Source of the DNA: Histomonas meleagridis 2922-C6/04-290x
Lineage: Eukaryota > Protista > Parabasalia
Reading direction: 5' to 3'
Length of the DNA: 64,000 bases
Assembly: GCA_020184695.1 (NCBI GenBank)
Contig: JAANOX010000002.1
Location: 62,001-126,000 of the forward strand
The notes beneath the pieces were generated by a model. It worked only from the letters and a program-made list of their open reading frames with translations, did no database searches and was not told the DNA's origin. Below, one piece after another: positions 1 through 11,077 of the stretch. Position 1 is the stretch's first letter, and every line of letters starts with the position of its first letter. The translations under genes were made by a program, and so were the position numbers.

Positions 1-571
1 GAGAAACCTGCTTTTTAGTGAGCTCCGCTATCGGTAACCCAACGGACCCATCTAGGGTTTTACTAGGGAACAAAAAAGATCAATTTATACAATTACTATT
101 GAGCATTTTATTAATTGCATACAATCAATTAATTATTTTTATTCTAAAAAATCAAAAATATTGTGTTTTTATTTATTTTTGTTTTTATTTCGAAAATGCA
201 CAAAAATACAAAATACAAAATACAAAAACTGCATGCGATTTTCAAAATAAATTTGTGATTACACATTTAGTGCATTTGCGATTAAAAATCAATTTCAAAC
301 TTCGCACTACTCCACATTTTTCAAAAAGTGGTATCGGTAGGTGATATCTGATGTTTACTCTTGTTACTTTTTTTTAGTAAAATCCATTAGTTTAAGTCAA
401 ACAAAACAAGAGTTTGATCTAGACATTAAATATTTTCCCGCATTAACCTCTTCTTTTAGTTTAATTTCTGTTTTTCATAAATATTTTCACTTGTTCTGTA
501 TTTTGTTTTTGATATATTTGAAAATAAAAAAATATAATAATTTGCAAATAAATAAATATAAAAAACAGCAA

Positions 572-2313
572 ATTCTAAATTTATTTTTTATAGTTTTTAT
601 AATTAATAGTATTGAATCCTTTAATGAAGATAATCATACATTAATAATAAATGAATATTCTGATTTTAATGATGCCAGAAAAAGTGAAGCAGAACATGTT
701 TTAATATATTGTGATAACACAGGAATTCCAGATAGGCATTTTCAGGGTTGAACTTACTTCAAACAGTTTATGTTGGAAATTACATATATAATATTAGCAA
801 TTATGCATTTAGTCAATGTTCTAATTTAACAACAGTTTATATCGGTGAAAGTGTTGAAATAATTGGAGAATATGCATTTTCATCATGCACGAGCTTAAAC
901 AATATTGTAATACCAAACTCAGTTACAACAATTTTATCAAATGCATTTTCATCATGCACGAGCTTAAACAATATTGTAATACCAAATTCAGTCACAACAA
1001 TTGGATCATATGCATTTTCATCATGCACGAGCTTAAACAATATTGTAATACCAAATTCAGTCACAACAATTGGACCATATGCATTTTCATCATGCACTAA
1101 TTTGGATAATATTACATTAAGTGAAAATATTACTTCTATTGATTCTTTTGTATTTAATGAATGTAGCAAATTAAATAATATTATTATACCAAAAAAAGTT
1201 ACAGAAATTAGAAATTCAGTATTTTCCGGGTGTTCTAATTTAAATAATGTTATAATTCCGAATTCAGTCACAACAATTGGACGATATGCATTTTATGCAT
1301 GTATTTCATTAAATAATATCATAATTAGTGAAAACATTACATTTATTAGTGAAGGTGCCTTTAATTCATGTACTAACTTAACTAATTTTACCATTCCGAA
1401 TTCAGTTACATCAATTGAACAATATGCATTTTCATCATGTACATCACTTTACATAATTACTATTGGCGAAAATGTTAAAGATATTAAAGAAACTGCATTT
1501 GAATCGTGCACAAATCTTCACTGTATTTTCTTTGAAGGTGATACAGAACCAACAATTAGCGAAACAGCATTTACGGGTGTACCAGCACGATCTGTTATGG
1601 TAACAGCATCATACACCGGTTCTACATTTGCTACATTTGATGTTATACAAGAAACAATATCAATATGTCTTCCAACAACAGAAACTTTCACTAAATCGAA
1701 TACATTCACTAAGTCAAACACATACACTAAATCAAACACATACACTAACTCTAATACATACACTAACTCTAATACATACACTAACTCTAATACATACACT
1801 AAATCGAATACATTCACTAAATCAAATACATTTGCGCAGTCACTTCGATATGGTGCAAACTTTTCGCTCACTGTTTCATATACGGAGTTCATATCGTATA
1901 CGCAAACGATTTCCGTATCAAATTCTTATCTTCTCACTCGTTCTCTTACATTGTATGGCACCACGCAGACATATGTTATTACCGAAAACATTTATTACGA
2001 ATACACAATTATATACTATACAACATACTATAGCTATTACATGAGCTTCTTCACTATACTGTATTCGTCCTCTAATGTGAGCACAAGTCCAATTTCAACT
2101 GCTGTTCTCACGGGTATAATATGCGGCGCTGTCGCATTCGTGTTCCTTGTGATCGCTATTACTGTTTTCCTCGTGAAAAATAACAAGAAAAAAGAAATTT
2201 CTTCGAAAAAGTTCGAATTCAAAGATACAACAAATTCTTCAACGCCTTTGGTCGAAGAAATAAATGAAGAACTTGAAAATTTGGCAAAAGAAGATGAGGA
2301 TCAATGGATCTGA
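572..2313 (+). CDS. BspA-like (TpLRR) leucine-rich-repeat surface protein with S/T stalk, TM helix and acidic tail; 1-nt frameshift near 748 and no in-frame ATG
   Basis: ORF 748-2313 has many 23-aa xxIPNSVTTIGxYAFSSCxxL repeats, (T-F/Y-T-x-S-N)n repeats, a hydrophobic helix (GIICGAVAFVFLVIAITVFLV) and an acidic tail. The upstream ORF (341-751) supplies an N-terminus similar to that of the second BspA. GGTTGAAC at about 747-754 would read G-W-N if one G were added. Confidence 0.85.
865..1110 (+). repeat. Near-identical 69-nt tandem LRR units within the BspA-like gene
   Basis: gcattttcatcatgcacgagcttaaacaatattgtaataccaaa recurs at 69-nt spacing about 3 times. Confidence 0.9.
1681..1833 (+). 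repeat. 18-nt coding minisatellite (TYTNSN/TFTKSN stalk)
   Basis: Repeated tacactaactctaataca / ttcactaaatcgaataca units, about 8 copies. Confidence 0.9.
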
Positions 2314-2512
2314 TGCAAAAAGTTATTTAATTTCATAAAAAATTAATTCATAGGAAATTTTTAATAAAGAAAACATTCTGTAAGTAATGCGCTTTGTTTA
2401 ATATCAAAAAAAAAAAAATACTTTTAAAAGTATTGTTGAGATTACTTTTTAGAAAAGATTTGTGGACTTAAAATCGATTTTTTGTGGTGCTCGACGACCG
2501 TTTACATGCTGA

Positions 2513-2592
2513 AATTATTCCTTCTTTTCTATTAAAACTATTCTTTCCTTTCTATTAAAATTATTCTTTTCTTTCTGTTAAAATTATTCTTT
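2513..2592. repeat. About 24-bp intergenic tandem repeat, about 3.5 copies
   Basis: attattccttcttttctattaaa / actattctttcctttctattaaa / attattctttttctttctgttaaa / attattctttt. Confidence 0.7.
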
Positions 2593-2681
2593 TCATTTGC
2601 AATTGATAATAAGATAAAAATCAAATAATCATTGATTTGTTTAGAAAACAAAGAAAAATTCAATAAAAACGTAATATTATT

Positions 2682-5306
2682 TTACTTTAATTTTGGCCAA
2701 TTTGATTCTTTTGAAGCATCTCGTAACAATTTATCTCTTTTTTCTTCCATTTTCCTTAATTGTTCACATTTTTCATGATATTCATCCAAATCTTTATAAA
2801 ACTTTTCGATATTTTTCACTACATTTGACTTCTTTTCTTCAATAGTTTTTTCCAAATTTTTAATTTTTTCTTTAAATTCATTTTCTTTTACATCGTTTTC
2901 ATTTTTAATTTTTTCGAAATTTTCGATTTCTTTTTGAACATTTTTTTGTTTTTCGATTATATCTATTCTTTCTTGTCTTATTAATCTTAGCTTTTCTCTC
3001 ATTTCAGTTCTTCTTTGGTTACATTCGTTTTGTCTTTTTTCCAATTCCAACATTTCATTATGAATATTTAATTCTTTTTGATTCATATTTTTTGTGTTCA
3101 TTTTAATTCCCGAATTATTATTAAAGTTTAACATTAATCGAATCGAATTTGTACCAAAACTATTTCTTAATTTATAATGTTGCGATTGTAATTCGTCCAT
3201 TTGATTTGATATTTCTGTGATTTCATTTGATATATTTTCGATTTGATTATTTATATTCGTTAAATTCGTATTAAACTCATTCAGAAATTCCGAATCAGCT
3301 TTAAATTTAGTCGCTTTCGCTTCATTTCCTTTAACATATTCTTCGTATTCCTTTTTCGTGTTTCGAAGTTCATTACTTAATGTTACAATTTCAGTTTCTT
3401 CCGATTTAACAATCGAATCAAGTTGGTTCTTGTTCGGCCGCGTTGCTTTACTTAGTTCATTGATCGTATTAAGTAACTCCGTAACTTGCGTTTGAAGATT
3501 CGAAGGAATATTCGTTGGACATTTGTAGTGGCGAACGCGCGGCGGCGCTTTGTCTTTAGGAAATGGTCCGGGGCGATAGTTACGCACGCGCTCGTCTGAT
3601 GAATCGTATTGCGGCGCAGAGAAATATGTGTAACGATATGAGAATTGTGCGTTCGGACGGCGGCCGCTGTATCTGTTGTTTTGTCTGGAATCGAACCTTT
3701 GATTGTAGCGCTGAGCTGTGGCGTTTGATGTTTGCTGTTTGCTTTTGTTGTTATTCGGACTTTCGTTGGATGTATTGGATCCGACTTTTTCGTTTTGTTT
3801 GCTTGTGATTTGGGAAGTAGAATTAGAATTTTGTCGTTTAGTTGCAGTTTGATTAATGTCTGATTTGTCATTTGAAGTGTTTTGATTTGCTTTGTTGGAA
3901 TTTTGCTTATTGATGTTATTGTTTGCATTTACAATGTTTTGTTGTGAATTTTGTTTTTGATTTGTTGTATTTGGATTTTGCTTTTTATTAACGTTATTAT
4001 TTACATTTGTTTTTTCATTTCTTATGTTTTGCTTTGCTTCGATACTTTCATTTGCTTTGTTCTGTTGTGTATTCTGATTTGTTTTGCTAATATTTTTATT
4101 TACATTCATTTTTTCATTTGCTTTGTTCTGTTGTGTACTTTGATTTGTTTTGCTAATATTATTATTTACATTCATTTTTTCATTTGCTTTGCTTTGTTGT
4201 GTATTCTGATTTGTTTTGCTAATATTATTATTTGTTTCTTGTTTATATTCGGTTTTTTCTTTTGCTATGTTTTGTTGTGCATCTTCATTTTGATTTATTG
4301 TTTTTTGCGTTTCCACACGATTCGTATTTGGCTTTTCATTTATAATATTTTCCTTTACATTTGCTGTGTTTTGGGTAGAATCTGTTTTTTGATTTGTTTC
4401 ATTTTGCTCTGTGTTTGAACTCTTTTCTTCTGTTTTTGGTTTTGCTCTGTTAAATTTTCTCTTTTTGCGATTTGTTCTTTGGCCTATCACAACACTTCTG
4501 GTTTGGATTTCAATGTTCTCACTCTCTGAAGTTTTGCGCTGTTTCTCTTTTTCCTCTTCAACAATTTTATTAAACTCTTTTTTGAGTGTACCAGATGTAC
4601 GATTTAATTTCCATGGATTGGTTTGCTCTGTATTTGTTGAAGGTTTTGTTTGATTTTCAGCGCCTTTTGCTTTTTCGTTTTTAGGTATTACATTCATTTT
4701 ATTTGGTGGTTGAATGATATTTGCAACACTTGATTGATCATTTTGTGTAATTTCTTTCTGAATTTGTGGTATTACGTTCTCTTCGATGTTCGCGCGGGCT
4801 TGTTGCCTTTGACTGTATTTTGCAGACCAATAAAATCGTGATGAATTATTTGTATAATATAAATTCCGATTAATATAATAGTATCTATTGGATCTACGTC
4901 TCCTGTAAAAATTTGTTCTATGCGCTGACCAGTAAAATCTTGAGTTTCGGTAATATCGATATCTGTATCTTCTTGGTCTAATTTCTTTTATTACTTTCGC
5001 ATTTGCTTGTACATTTGCTGTGTCACTTGGTTTATGTATTGTAGGGTCTGTATCATTGGAATATAGCTTTCCTAATCTTTCTCTCATTCTTCTTTCCCTT
5101 CTTGTTGCTCTGCTTGGTTTGTCTTTTTTCAGCCATTCTTTTAAGTCTTCTTCACTCATGTTTAAAATTTTATTTTTTAACCTTTCATCTGTATTTTCTG
5201 GGAGATTTAAACCATGCTTAAACATGAGCAAAAGTGCATTCAATGTAAAATATTCAAAATTTCTGGCAACCCGCAGAGAAAACCTTCTTGCCGCACTCTT
5301 CTGCAT
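2682..5306 (-). CDS. 874-aa hypothetical protein: R/Y-rich N-terminus, N/Q/T low-complexity middle with 22-aa repeats, C-terminal coiled coil
   Basis: Long uninterrupted ORF with ATG. I recognise no family. Confidence 0.75.
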   Translation of the reverse strand: MQKSAARRFSLRVARNFEYFTLNALLLMFKHGLNLPENTDERLKNKILNMSEEDLKEWLKKDKPSRATRRERRMRERLGKLYSNDTDPTIHKPSDTANVQANAKVIKEIRPRRYRYRYYRNSRFYWSAHRTNFYRRRRSNRYYYINRNLYYTNNSSRFYWSAKYSQRQQARANIEENVIPQIQKEITQNDQSSVANIIQPPNKMNVIPKNEKAKGAENQTKPSTNTEQTNPWKLNRTSGTLKKEFNKIVEEEKEKQRKTSESENIEIQTRSVVIGQRTNRKKRKFNRAKPKTEEKSSNTEQNETNQKTDSTQNTANVKENIINEKPNTNRVETQKTINQNEDAQQNIAKEKTEYKQETNNNISKTNQNTQQSKANEKMNVNNNISKTNQSTQQNKANEKMNVNKNISKTNQNTQQNKANESIEAKQNIRNEKTNVNNNVNKKQNPNTTNQKQNSQQNIVNANNNINKQNSNKANQNTSNDKSDINQTATKRQNSNSTSQITSKQNEKVGSNTSNESPNNNKSKQQTSNATAQRYNQRFDSRQNNRYSGRRPNAQFSYRYTYFSAPQYDSSDERVRNYRPGPFPKDKAPPRVRHYKCPTNIPSNLQTQVTELLNTINELSKATRPNKNQLDSIVKSEETEIVTLSNELRNTKKEYEEYVKGNEAKATKFKADSEFLNEFNTNLTNINNQIENISNEITEISNQMDELQSQHYKLRNSFGTNSIRLMLNFNNNSGIKMNTKNMNQKELNIHNEMLELEKRQNECNQRRTEMREKLRLIRQERIDIIEKQKNVQKEIENFEKIKNENDVKENEFKEKIKNLEKTIEEKKSNVVKNIEKFYKDLDEYHEKCEQLRKMEEKRDKLLRDASKESNWPKLK
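4046..4232 (-). repeat. 66-nt coding tandem repeat x3 (ANEKMNVNNNISKTNQSTQQNK)
   Basis: catttgctttg recurs at 4049, 4115 and 4181. Confidence 0.9.
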
Positions 5307-5339
5307 TAAACAATCATATGTTATATTACTTGATTATTT

Positions 5340-6300
5340 TTATTTTGGTATTTTTGATCCAATAACTGAGTGCTGTTTCAAATAATTTAAGTAATTTCCA
5401 AATATATATATATATAGTATTAATATCAATTCCTTTTTGTTCAAGAAGTAATTTAACTATTTCTATTTCACCATTATTGGATCCCTTATGATTGTTTTCT
5501 AATGCAATTAAAATAGTGTATACAAATATATATTTTGAATAAATTCCTTATACTATATTTTAAAGCACCAAATTATCTAATTAAAGATCAGTAAAAGAAA
5601 ATTTATACATTTATTATTGATTTCAAATCCTTTTTGTTCAAGAAGTAATTATTTTTATATATTCCTTTTCAGATGCAATATCAATTGCTTTTTTTAAAAT
5701 TTGATGTTATTTCCAAATATTATATACACATTCAAATGATGAATGCTTTTGTTCCATATATGAATGATTTCTTCATTTTTACCTGCACCTGCATATTTTC
5801 CTGTGTTATTTATTTTTGCACCAATCATAAGTAAATATTTAAAACATTTAATTGATAAAAAAAAAAAATGCTGCAAAATCAATTAATGAAACATTTTATT
5901 TGTTAATATATGCATACCTTTCATAAAGTGATTGTTCAATGGTTTGATTAAAATTAAAATTATTTTGTGATATTTCTTGAAGTTTTCTTCAGTTAATTTA
6001 AAAATTTTTTCAATTGAACAGAATAATTAAATGCAGACATCATCCTTTATGATTTCCAAAGGATTTTTGATATGTGGCATTTCAATATTTGTTTCATTCT
6101 CTTTCATTTAATTAAAAAATCTATGTATCAGCAAAAAGTGAAGTATAAAGTTTTCTTTGAACAAGAAGCTCTTAAATTTCATGTTCACTGGATGCATTAA
6201 GCTTCATTTCTTTATAAGTTCTCAATAATCCTTTTTCATTTTAAAATTCAGAAATGAATTCTACCAAAATAATTCTTATGCATAAAGATTTTAATTTGAG
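5340..6300 (-). pseudogene. Degenerate DUF3447-ankyrin gene
   Basis: Fragments such as CFKYLLMIGAKINNTGKYAGAG and LLEQKGIDIN resemble the 48-52 kb locus. Multiple stops and frameshifts. Confidence 0.75.
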
Positions 6301-6761
6301 ATGATATGATTATAAATTTTATTTTTTAGAATCAAAATATATTATTATCTCACTATCAAAAATAGTATTTCTGTATGACTATTATCAATAGCTTTCATAA
6401 CTATTTTGAATATTTTTTTAATGTTTACCAATTATTTCAAATTATTAAGTATTACAGATGTATTTAAACGAAACAAAAAATATCTTTGGGATTAATATTA
6501 ATAAATGATCAAGTCATTTTTATCCAAGGAAAAATTTAACTTCTAGCATATAACTTCAAATAAATTACTGTCAATTTTCAGGATCCATTTGACTTTTTAA
6601 ATGAGTTTTCTATTTAAAACGATCAAAAAACCAGAAAATATTATAAACAAATATTTTTATATATACACAACAAGGGCCTTTATAACGTATAGCCCTAAAT
6701 TATATTTCTTCTATATTCTATATCTAAGTTATTATTTCATCAAAGAAACAATACTCAAGAA

Positions 6762-7796
6762 TCATACCCAAGAGTCTAATTGTTCCGGTACCAAATACAT
6801 TTTATTATTTCTTACTTCACTATGAAACAAAGCGTTTTTATGATTACATCTGTTATAATTCGCGGTATAAATTATTTGCGAATCCCATTTGTTACAACTT
6901 TTGGTTAATATTTCGTATCCCATAAAGATTTCAGGATAATAGACTATAGCTGCGCCTAAAACAAATTCTTCTCGAATGACATTTTGTTCAAGCTTGAGAT
7001 ATAAGTCATGTATTTCGAAATATGCGTTTTTGGCTTTTTCAATGATCTCTGAGGGCCCCCCGAAAAAAGTGGCAACAATAACATTAGAAAAGCCGATGTC
7101 GAATTGCTCCATTGGAACTTGGTCCATGCCTCGAGCAAGTTTCTTGTATATGTTTATTCCAAGAAGGAATTTCCGATGTTTTGAAAATATCTTATCAATT
7201 CGTGGTTGATAAGGTACTGTGACTCCGGTATAGTTGGTTGTCTTGAAGGCACCAAAGTCAATCCAAAAAACATATTCATATTTGTGTAATTTGTTGATTT
7301 CATCTACTAAACATATCTTGGAATTCCAAATTGCACCTAAATTTTCACTAATAAAATAATTCCAACGATTGTACTTCTTCGCTATTTTGACATATTTGTC
7401 TTTGTATTGGGAAAGATTACATACTTCAAATGCATCATCATATTTCCTGATAACATGCATTCTTTCCGTTTCTTTTGGTTCTAAAACTTTAAACCCAGCA
7501 TCATTTATAAATATGTAAATGCTTGTTTCATTTGATAAATATTGAAGAAATCGACTGAACCTTCGCTGATATTCCGCAATAGGATGCCTTTGGTCCTTGC
7601 CAGGATAGTAAAAAAATGAAGTAACATAAGCTGATCGTGAAAGACCATTGTTTCGATCTTCATAAACTGGAAATGATATAAAATTGGCATATTCATAATA
7701 AATAAATAGGACCACAAGTGAAGAAACAAGTAAAAAAAATATTTTGAGTGTGTTTGACATTAAGAATACAAGTAGTCCGAAACATATGCTCTTCAT
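6762..7796 (-). CDS. Type II membrane HtrL/YibB (WlaTC)-like putative glycosyltransferase
   Basis: N-terminal hydrophobic anchor, FWIDFG motif and downstream ATFFGG motif. Family assigned from remembered motifs only. The true start may be the second Met (7760). Confidence 0.6.
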   Translation of the reverse strand: MKSICFGLLVFLMSNTLKIFFLLVSSLVVLFIYYEYANFISFPVYEDRNNGLSRSAYVTSFFYYPGKDQRHPIAEYQRRFSRFLQYLSNETSIYIFINDAGFKVLEPKETERMHVIRKYDDAFEVCNLSQYKDKYVKIAKKYNRWNYFISENLGAIWNSKICLVDEINKLHKYEYVFWIDFGAFKTTNYTGVTVPYQPRIDKIFSKHRKFLLGINIYKKLARGMDQVPMEQFDIGFSNVIVATFFGGPSEIIEKAKNAYFEIHDLYLKLEQNVIREEFVLGAAIVYYPEIFMGYEILTKSCNKWDSQIIYTANYNRCNHKNALFHSEVRNNKMYLVPEQLDSWV

Positions 7797-7973
7797 CAGA
7801 TGGTTATCAATGGTTGTAAAATATCAACTTATGAAAACTTTATGTAAAGTTATGATTTATCCTTTAAATACATCCACTTTTTATAAACTATTAAATATTT
7901 TTCGTGGAGCCTTAATGCACTAAGACCATTGACGATCGAAAATTCAATGTGTTTAACGTACTTTCCGGATTGC

Positions 7974-8909
7974 ATGAAAAGTGACAACATAACGGTAATT
8001 TCCTTACACGAAATGGAAAAAAAAGAAAACGAGCAAAAAATTTTATATAAAGATTTACCAGAATGGAAAGATGTTACACCACTTCCACTCCCTCAAGTAG
8101 AAGGTGATGCTTTTTACATAAATTATACACCTGAGTATGTTGACTTATTTGGATATTTTCTTGCACTCGTTGAAAAAAATGAGATATCAGAAAGAGGTAT
8201 CCAAATTGCAGAAAGAGTTATTGAATTGTATCCGTCACATTATACTGCTTGGGAGTATAAATTCCGCATTTTGGGAAAACTTTCATATGATTTTGACAAT
8301 GAAATAAGAAAAATCGACACAATTCTTGAAGGGAGCCCCAAGTCATATCAAGCATGGCATTTCCGTCAATGGCTTGTTGACAAGTGTAATGAAGTACCAG
8401 ATCAAATTCCATTTCTCAAAAAAATACTTGACATTGACACCAAGAACTTTCATGCATGGAATTTTGCCATTTGGTATGCCACACGGTGGAACAAAGCAAA
8501 CGATATTTATAATATTGCCAAAGCCGAAATCGAACGTGATGTCCGAAACAACAGTGCCTGGAATGCGCGGATGACCATAGGCAATCTTATTCACGTAGAT
8601 CCTATTCAAGAATTTGAAGATGCAGTATCGACATTAAAAATCGTTAGCAAGAATGAAGCTGTTTGTAACTTTGCTGTAGCCATCTGCGAGAAGGTTCCTT
8701 CGCTTTTAAGTCGATTGCGCGATGTAGCTAACGAAATAATCGAAAGAAAACCCGAAAACTATTTTGCATATCGATTGCTTTTGTATGTCGCAAGCAAAGA
8801 AGAAAACAAAGAAGAAATCTCACGCTTGTGCGACAAGCTGATGGAATTAGACCCTGTTAGGTTACCGTTTTATAGTTTGGTGAAAAGCGGTAAAATTAAG
8901 TACCAGTAA
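7974..8909 (+). CDS. FNTA: Protein farnesyltransferase/geranylgeranyltransferase type-1 alpha subunit
   Basis: PFTA repeats (PSHYTAWEYK, PKSYQAWHFRQW, KNFHAWNF, RNNSAWNAR) and the N-terminal WKDVTPLP motif. Start is the first ATG (7974) or 8013. Confidence 0.9.
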   Translation: MKSDNITVISLHEMEKKENEQKILYKDLPEWKDVTPLPLPQVEGDAFYINYTPEYVDLFGYFLALVEKNEISERGIQIAERVIELYPSHYTAWEYKFRILGKLSYDFDNEIRKIDTILEGSPKSYQAWHFRQWLVDKCNEVPDQIPFLKKILDIDTKNFHAWNFAIWYATRWNKANDIYNIAKAEIERDVRNNSAWNARMTIGNLIHVDPIQEFEDAVSTLKIVSKNEAVCNFAVAICEKVPSLLSRLRDVANEIIERKPENYFAYRLLLYVASKEENKEEISRLCDKLMELDPVRLPFYSLVKSGKIKYQ

Positions 8910-9261
8910 TGTAATTAATTAATTAAAATTCACATGAATATATATATCAATGTTTTGTTGTTAATAAACTTTTGTTGACCAAGAAAATATTATTTCGCAT
9001 GAAAATGGAACCATTACAATATGAACTATTTAAAAGTTAAAATTGTAACATTTTACATGATTTGTTTGACAGAAAAGAAGTCTATTTTGGTGAAAACATA
9101 AATTTCTGAAAACAAAACATTTTCGTCAAAAACAATAAAAATAATCAATTATTCACAATAAAAAACAATTTAAAAGTTTCTTATGAACAACTTGATTAAA
9201 CTCTAATTCATAATTAAATCATTAAATTACACTAATTCGAAAAATATTTATATTTATAACA

Positions 9262-10644
9262 TTAATACACATATTTATTATTTTTATCATCTTCTTCAGC
9301 TTGTTTCAAAAGTTTCTTCGCATAATTTTGTACTTCATTCATTTCTTCCGTTTCCTTTTGTTGTGCCCTTAAGAACTCCAGTCTGTCTCTTTCTTTTTCT
9401 CTCATTTCTCTTTCTTTCTTTTCCTTAATTTGCATCAATTGGAATTCTCTTAATTCCTTTTCATGCCTTAATTTCATTTCGTCCATTTTCCGTTGATTTT
9501 CTTCTTCTTCTTTATTCACACTTGTTGGAAATGTACTTTTGATTTTTCTTTCTTTTCGTTGTTTATCTTTTTGTTCCTTTAACCTCATAGCTTCTTTCAT
9601 GTCGTTATTTCTTTCATCGAAAAGTCTCTTTTGTCTTTTAGTTATTTCATTAATTTCTTTTGTCTCTTTTTCATGTTGTTCTTTTAATTGTTTATCAAGA
9701 AAATCTTTTTCTTTAATCCGATTCATTTCTTGTCGCTTACGTTCTGCTTCGATTAATTTTTCGCGCAAAAGAAGTTTTTCACGTTTACGCTTTTCTTCAA
9801 GTTCTTTGCGCTTTTCTTGTTCTTCCATTATATCAAATTGTAACTTTTGTATTTTCTCGTCTTCTAATCGTTCGATTTCGCGAAGTCGTTCTTTATATTT
9901 AATGACAAGTTCATTACCGCGTATTGATTCTTGAATATGTTCGCGCTCAATTTGTTTCCTTCGTTCGTTTTCTTCGCGTTCGTGTTCGAGTTCGCGTTGC
10001 ATTTGTTGCGATATTAAAAGATCTTCTTCAATTTGCTCTTGTCGTTGTTTAGCTTTGAGTTTTTGCTTTTGCTCGTATTGAAGTTTCATGGCGTTTGCAT
10101 TTTCGAGCGCTTTTTGTCGGCGCTCTTGTCGAATTTGCGCTTCTTTGGCTAATTGTAATTCATGTTCACGCGCTAGTCGTTCATCTTCTTCCATTTGTCG
10201 TTTCATTTCAAGAATGCGTTGGCGTTCTTTAAATGTTTGTTGCTGTTGTCGTTCTTCTTGGACTTCTTTAAGGAGAAGTTGGGAATTAACTGCACGTACC
10301 TCAGGTCGTTGAGCAAATGATGCTTTCTTGGCTTCTGCAAGTTGGGCTTCTCGTTTCAATTTGCGAATCTTCTTCTCTTCGGCATCAAGTTCAAGCTTGA
10401 CTCGTTCTTCAGATTCTTTCTCCCGCTGTAATCGGGTTTGACGATCATGTCGACTTCGCGCAATTGTGTTGGTCCAATTGGAAACAACATTAATGGTATT
10501 TTGATGTTTGATTTTTTGTTGTTCAATTTCAGCATCAATGCTCGGATCTCTTGTTTGGGGTTTTGCTCTCTGCTTAAGTAAAAGAAGTTGACGTGGTGAA
10601 AGTATTGAATAATCGCGAAGAGGAGGAGGAACTGCTTTCGACAT
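9262..10644 (-). CDS. Trichohyalin-plectin-homology coiled-coil flagellar microtubule inner protein, CFAP210/CCDC173-like
   Basis: E/K/R/Q-rich coiled coil with WTNTI...R and RPEVRAVNSQLLLKEVQEER, resembling the CFAP210/MNS1/CFAP45 group. Confidence 0.6.
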   Translation of the reverse strand: MSKAVPPPLRDYSILSPRQLLLLKQRAKPQTRDPSIDAEIEQQKIKHQNTINVVSNWTNTIARSRHDRQTRLQREKESEERVKLELDAEEKKIRKLKREAQLAEAKKASFAQRPEVRAVNSQLLLKEVQEERQQQQTFKERQRILEMKRQMEEDERLAREHELQLAKEAQIRQERRQKALENANAMKLQYEQKQKLKAKQRQEQIEEDLLISQQMQRELEHEREENERRKQIEREHIQESIRGNELVIKYKERLREIERLEDEKIQKLQFDIMEEQEKRKELEEKRKREKLLLREKLIEAERKRQEMNRIKEKDFLDKQLKEQHEKETKEINEITKRQKRLFDERNNDMKEAMRLKEQKDKQRKERKIKSTFPTSVNKEEEENQRKMDEMKLRHEKELREFQLMQIKEKKEREMREKERDRLEFLRAQQKETEEMNEVQNYAKKLLKQAEEDDKNNKYVY

Positions 10645-10849
10645 TTGGAAATTCGTTATTTTGTTGTACGTTAAAATGAAAATTTCAGCTCAATAAGAAA
10701 TCTCTTGATAAAAGAAATCAAAAATAAAATATTTTGAAAATGTTATTTATCTGGCGTAAGATAATGATTTTTCTATTTAAATATATAACGATATCAATTA
10801 TATGAATTTATGCAAAAATATTTATACATCTCAAATTGGTCATACGATG

Positions 10850-10980
10850 AAAAATATTTAAATAATTTGAAACAACTATTATTTATGTACCTTCGAATGG
10901 TTATACAGAAATAGTTAAACCACTTCTTGAACGAAAAGGAATTGATATTAATGCCAAAGATATTTATTCTAAATTTATGG
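10850..10980 (+). pseudogene. Solo ankyrin cassette of the interrupted-ANK family
   Basis: Reads ...SNGYTEIVKPLLERKGIDINAKDIY, preceded by the linker remnant aaataatttgaaaca. Confidence 0.7.
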
Positions 10981-11077
10981 GATTTTAAAATCAAAAAGAT
11001 TTAACCCTTATGACATTGCATTTGTATAAAGTTCATTAACAATTATAAAAAATTAAAAATTGTTTATTAAACATTTT

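Noticed and set aside
18-344. ORF 18-344
   Set aside because: It has a non-ATG start, low-complexity AT-rich content with ACAAAAT repeats, and no family resemblance.
3951-5385. Hydrophobic plus-strand ORFs (3951-4418, 4411-4653, 5020-5385) and similar antisense ORFs such as 9539-9934, 21773-22162 and 37133-37405
   Set aside because: They are antisense shadows of K/N/Q/E-rich or repeat-rich genes and show no independent coding signal.
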